Shown: positions 61,028 through 64,000 of the stretch, in pieces
Layout of the letters: every line of letters starts with the position of its first letter
How positions within the stretch are numbered: the first letter of the stretch is position 1
The notes under the pieces: generated by a model
The model's database searches: none
What the model saw: only the letters and a program-made list of their open reading frames with translations
Told to the model about the DNA's origin: nothing
Made by a program: the position numbers and the translations under genes
Source: Calditrichota bacterium
GTDB lineage: Bacteria > Electryoneota > RPQS01
Length of the DNA: 64,000 nucleotides
Direction of reading: 5' to 3'
NCBI GenBank assembly: GCA_020637445.1
Contig: JACJVZ010000003.1
Span: 210,150 to 274,149, forward strand

Positions 61028-62222
61028 AATTGAAGATACGACTCTCTCCGGACTATTCTCAAGTTCACGCATAGAGATATCGAAGTCCGCGCTGCAAAGC
61101 AATTTAAGTTTTTTGCGCAAAGTCATCGGCAAGAACGTCATCATTTGCTCGGTCGTCAAAGGCAACGCCTACGGTCACGGCATGGAGCAATTTGTGCCGC
61201 TTGCCGAGACTTGCGGCGTGCGCTGGTTCGCCGTTTATTCCGCGGACGAAGCCTTACGAGTCTTCAACAGCAGCACGGCGGGATCGTCGATCATGATCAT
61301 GGGCGGTATGTCGCGGGACCAAGTCGAGTGGGCTATCGAACACGGAATTACGTTCTACGTGTTCGATCTCAATGAACTGACTTTCGCAATCGAATCTGCC
61401 CGAAAGGTCGGCAAGCGGGCACAAGTTCATCTCGAAATTGAAACGGGCATGAACCGCTTGGGTTTTGGAGAAACCGCGCTTGAACAAGCGGCGGAACTGA
61501 TAAAATACAACAACGAGCTTGTCGACGTGGTCGGAGTATGCACGCACTTTGCGGGAGCCGAAAGCGTCGCCAATCACTTGCGCATTCAGCACCAGATTCA
61601 GACTTTTGAAACGCGGTTGGAGTGGTTGTTCGGACTGGGAATTGAACCTCGATTGCGGCACGCGGCAAGTTCGGCGGCGACTTTCAGCTATCCGTATACG
61701 CGGTACGACATGGTGCGGGTTGGTATTGCACAATACGGATTTTGGCCAAGCATAGAGACTCGAATGCAGTATGTCCTTCAGCAGCAAGCCAACGGCGGCA
61801 AGCAGCTTGCGCGCGATCCTCTGACACGCGTGCTGCGCTGGAAATCACATGTCATAAATGTGAAAGACGTGCGAGCAGGCGAGTTCATCGGTTACGGCAC
61901 GTCGTTCCTGACTACCCGGCCGTCGCGAGTTGCGGCGGTTCCGGTCGGATACTACCACGGATTCAATCGCAATCTAAGCAACGTCGGGCACGTCTTGGTG
62001 CGCGGCAAACGCGTTCCCGTCGCCGGAGTCGTGAACATGAATCTGATGCTCGTGGACGTGACGGACGTACGCCACGTGGAAAACGGCGACGAGGTTGTGT
62101 TGATCGGAAAGCAAGGCCGCAGCGAAATCACGGTGGGCGCATTCAGTGATTTGACAAAGCTCCTGAACTACGAAGCTCTCGTCAGACTGTCGCCGGATAT
62201 CGCGCGAACGGTCGTGCCGTAA
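61014..62222 (+). CDS. alr: Alanine racemase
   Basis: PLP-binding SVVKGNAYGHG motif; C-terminal beta domain; 14-nt overlap with upstream gene. Confidence 0.9.
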   Translation: MNITEIEDTTLSGLFSSSRIEISKSALQSNLSFLRKVIGKNVIICSVVKGNAYGHGMEQFVPLAETCGVRWFAVYSADEALRVFNSSTAGSSIMIMGGMSRDQVEWAIEHGITFYVFDLNELTFAIESARKVGKRAQVHLEIETGMNRLGFGETALEQAAELIKYNNELVDVVGVCTHFAGAESVANHLRIQHQIQTFETRLEWLFGLGIEPRLRHAASSAATFSYPYTRYDMVRVGIAQYGFWPSIETRMQYVLQQQANGGKQLARDPLTRVLRWKSHVINVKDVRAGEFIGYGTSFLTTRPSRVAAVPVGYYHGFNRNLSNVGHVLVRGKRVPVAGVVNMNLMLVDVTDVRHVENGDEVVLIGKQGRSEITVGAFSDLTKLLNYEALVRLSPDIARTVVP

Positions 62223-62241
62223 CAACAATTTGCAACAAATG

Positions 62242-62271
62242 AAAAAGGACTCGCAATTGCGAGTCCTTTTT
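62242..62271. terminator. Bidirectional intrinsic terminator between alr and convergent ccsB
   Basis: Perfect palindrome ggactcgcaa / ttgcgagtcc flanked by A5 and T5. Confidence 0.8.
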
Positions 62272-62287
62272 GCTCAGAGAAAGGAGA

Positions 62288-63880
62288 TTAATAGCTGACG
62301 ATATCCGGCTGCACGCTCATCTTGACATTACAGCCGTCCTTCTTGGATACGTCTTCGATATCATGCTCAAACGCGCGCACCATTTTCTTGCTAAAAGCAT
62401 AGAGGCGCACGAGTGGCTGTTCGGGAGTCGGCATTTCAACGTAGACAATGCGGTGCGTGACATAAAAACACAAGATCAAACCGATCGTCGAAACAATGAA
62501 ACCGAGCCACAGGAACTCCGTGCCCATGGATTGACGGATGTCAAAAATCGTAGCGATGTCTTGCCCGGCTTCTGCTCCCGTAAGGTCGGCGGCTTCAAAG
62601 CGGAGATCGCCGATCGTAATCTGATGACCCTGCATTGTCAAGAACGACCACATCGACCGGTGGAAACCGTCAGGACCGTTTGCGATCAATTCAACCGCGG
62701 GATTCGAGAAACTGCCGCTTGCGGAATAGGCATTTCGCTGCGCGTCCATCTTGAAATCAGGCAGCAACCGGCCCGCCGTGATGGTAATGCTGTCGCCGGG
62801 AATTGACACAGTTTGGCCTTGCTTCACCGGGATTCTGTCCACGACGTTTCCCGCCGTGTCACTGACGACAATCGTAAGTTGATCGTAGCTCGCATGCACG
62901 CGCGGCGCAGACGGGTCGTAAGAACTTTGATAGAGTCTAAATCCCGAGCGGCGCAAGGGACTATTCACAGAGATTTGCCGTTCGTCAACAACTTGTCCGT
63001 CTTCAATGATAGACACGCTGCTGATATATTGCTTGATATTGCCGGAAGCCTGTTTGACGTCCCAACTATTGGAAATCCACTCATCTTCCATCGAGACGAG
63101 TTGAGTGTTTCCGTTTTGATCGAAGCGTTCGATTTGCCACGTGCCGGGACTGTCTTCTTTAACCAGCCTTCCGAACCACTCACCGTCCACAAGCACCCAT
63201 TGACGGGCTTGCAAGGGATAGAATTCGACTCTGAAACTGTCGATGCGGACTTCAAACGGCAGTTCTTCGAAAGCAATCGTGTCGCCGGGATAGCCGCCCG
63301 CGCGGTACTCGTTGTCACCGAACGAACCGACCAATCCTCCGATTGCCAAGAATAACAAGCCGAGGTGAGTCAGCAACGGACCCCAGAGCGCGAGCCTGCC
63401 GGATTCCCCGACCCAAAGTTTGTCCGTGCTGAGACGCGGAGAAAGTTTCGTGGACAACCGTTCGATGAACGACGCGGGAGCTTCGTCGGTCGTCAAATAG
63501 ATCGGCGAAGTTTTTTCGTTGATCGTGCGCGGATCAAGTTCAGGTTTTTTGCTCCAACGGCGCCAAACGATCGGCGTGCGCTCGAGAATGCATGCGAACA
63601 GAGAAAGAGAAAGTAAGCCGACCAGTCCGCGATACCACCACGAGCGGAACGGATCGTTCAAATGCATTGCCTTATACAAGAACTGACCGAAAGCGCCGGC
63701 TGTGGTCTCAGGTTGGTTCGCCAGCCACTGCGGATCGATCAACTCGTCGCTAAAGAGAGACGCGAGCGATAAGACACTCAAGATGATGAGAATCCAAATC
63801 GCGAATTTCATCGTCGAGAGCATCGCCCACAGTTTGGGCTTGCGGCTCACCGGTGCGGTCAAAGAGTTTGTGGAAGTCAT
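62288..63880 (-). CDS. ccsB: Cytochrome c biogenesis protein ResB/Ccs1 (System II)
   Basis: N-terminal TM MKFAIWILIILSVLSLASLF, large soluble domain, C-terminal TM; ResB-like topology. Confidence 0.8.
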   Translation of the reverse strand: MTSTNSLTAPVSRKPKLWAMLSTMKFAIWILIILSVLSLASLFSDELIDPQWLANQPETTAGAFGQFLYKAMHLNDPFRSWWYRGLVGLLSLSLFACILERTPIVWRRWSKKPELDPRTINEKTSPIYLTTDEAPASFIERLSTKLSPRLSTDKLWVGESGRLALWGPLLTHLGLLFLAIGGLVGSFGDNEYRAGGYPGDTIAFEELPFEVRIDSFRVEFYPLQARQWVLVDGEWFGRLVKEDSPGTWQIERFDQNGNTQLVSMEDEWISNSWDVKQASGNIKQYISSVSIIEDGQVVDERQISVNSPLRRSGFRLYQSSYDPSAPRVHASYDQLTIVVSDTAGNVVDRIPVKQGQTVSIPGDSITITAGRLLPDFKMDAQRNAYSASGSFSNPAVELIANGPDGFHRSMWSFLTMQGHQITIGDLRFEAADLTGAEAGQDIATIFDIRQSMGTEFLWLGFIVSTIGLILCFYVTHRIVYVEMPTPEQPLVRLYAFSKKMVRAFEHDIEDVSKKDGCNVKMSVQPDIVSY

Positions 63881-63887
63881 ACTGAGT

Positions 63888-64000
63888 TTATGCGTAGGCG
63901 TGCAAACCGCCGAAGAAATAGTTGCCGAACAGCGAGAGCATCATCATCGCGAAGCCGATCAAAGACAGCACGGCGGTTTTGGGACCGTTCCATCCGCGTT
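63888..64000 (-). CDS. ccsA: Cytochrome c biogenesis protein CcsA/ResC, C-terminal fragment (truncated by window edge)
   Basis: Minus-frame translation ends ...AVLSLIGFAMMMLSLFGNYFFGGLHAYA*, resembling the conserved CcsA C-terminus; stop 8 nt upstream of the ccsB start. Confidence 0.5.
   Translation of the reverse strand, partial: RGWNGPKTAVLSLIGFAMMMLSLFGNYFFGGLHAYA

Noticed and set aside
1-64000. Screen for CRISPR arrays, tRNA/rRNA genes, transposases and integrases
   Set aside because: No regularly spaced direct repeats, no tRNA-like acceptor or T-arm sequences in intergenic regions, no rRNA-like segments, and no ORF with DDE or tyrosine-recombinase motifs were seen; this is a by-eye search, so a short tRNA could have been missed.

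Overview
64-kb window from a GC-rich bacterial chromosome. Seven proteins carry a Por/T9SS-type C-terminal sorting domain, so the source is most likely an FCB-supergroup (Bacteroidota-related) bacterium; this is inference from protein content only. I call 51 protein-coding genes (one truncated at the right edge). I found no rRNA, tRNA, CRISPR array, integrase or transposase. Layout: (i) 1-9772, a tightly packed minus-strand array (ankyrin protein, AlkD-like alkylation repair, TPR-thioredoxin, lipoprotein, three tandem paralogous T9SS beta-propeller proteins); (ii) 10009-18144, three large secreted proteins (small T9SS protein, 1223-aa Pmp-like beta-helix protein, 1089-aa clan-CD-like peptidase candidate); (iii) 18404-31927, housekeeping and stress genes (aldehyde dehydrogenase, three DinB/YfiT-like paralogs, YidB-like, HTH+PIN toxin-antitoxin candidate, lysine 6-aminotransferase, rsmI, lgt, tmk, S41 protease, purC); (iv) 31998-48846, methyltransferase, recQ, vWA/T9SS giant protein, hsp20, corA, S9 peptidase, tag, typA; (v) 49026-64000, secreted beta-helix and repeat proteins, T9SS 5'-nucleotidase, a DUF853-ABC exporter operon, a symporter-M20-alanine racemase operon and ccsBA. 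I could not identify a canonical defence or mobile system. The features not explained by ordinary annotation are two small intergenic repeat families whose copies differ by compensatory (stem-preserving) substitutions, the density and paralogy of T9SS cargo genes, the clan-CD-like peptidase, and the DUF853 ATPase coupled to an ABC exporter. All calls rest on reading the six-frame translations and the nucleotide sequence by eye; no database search was run.
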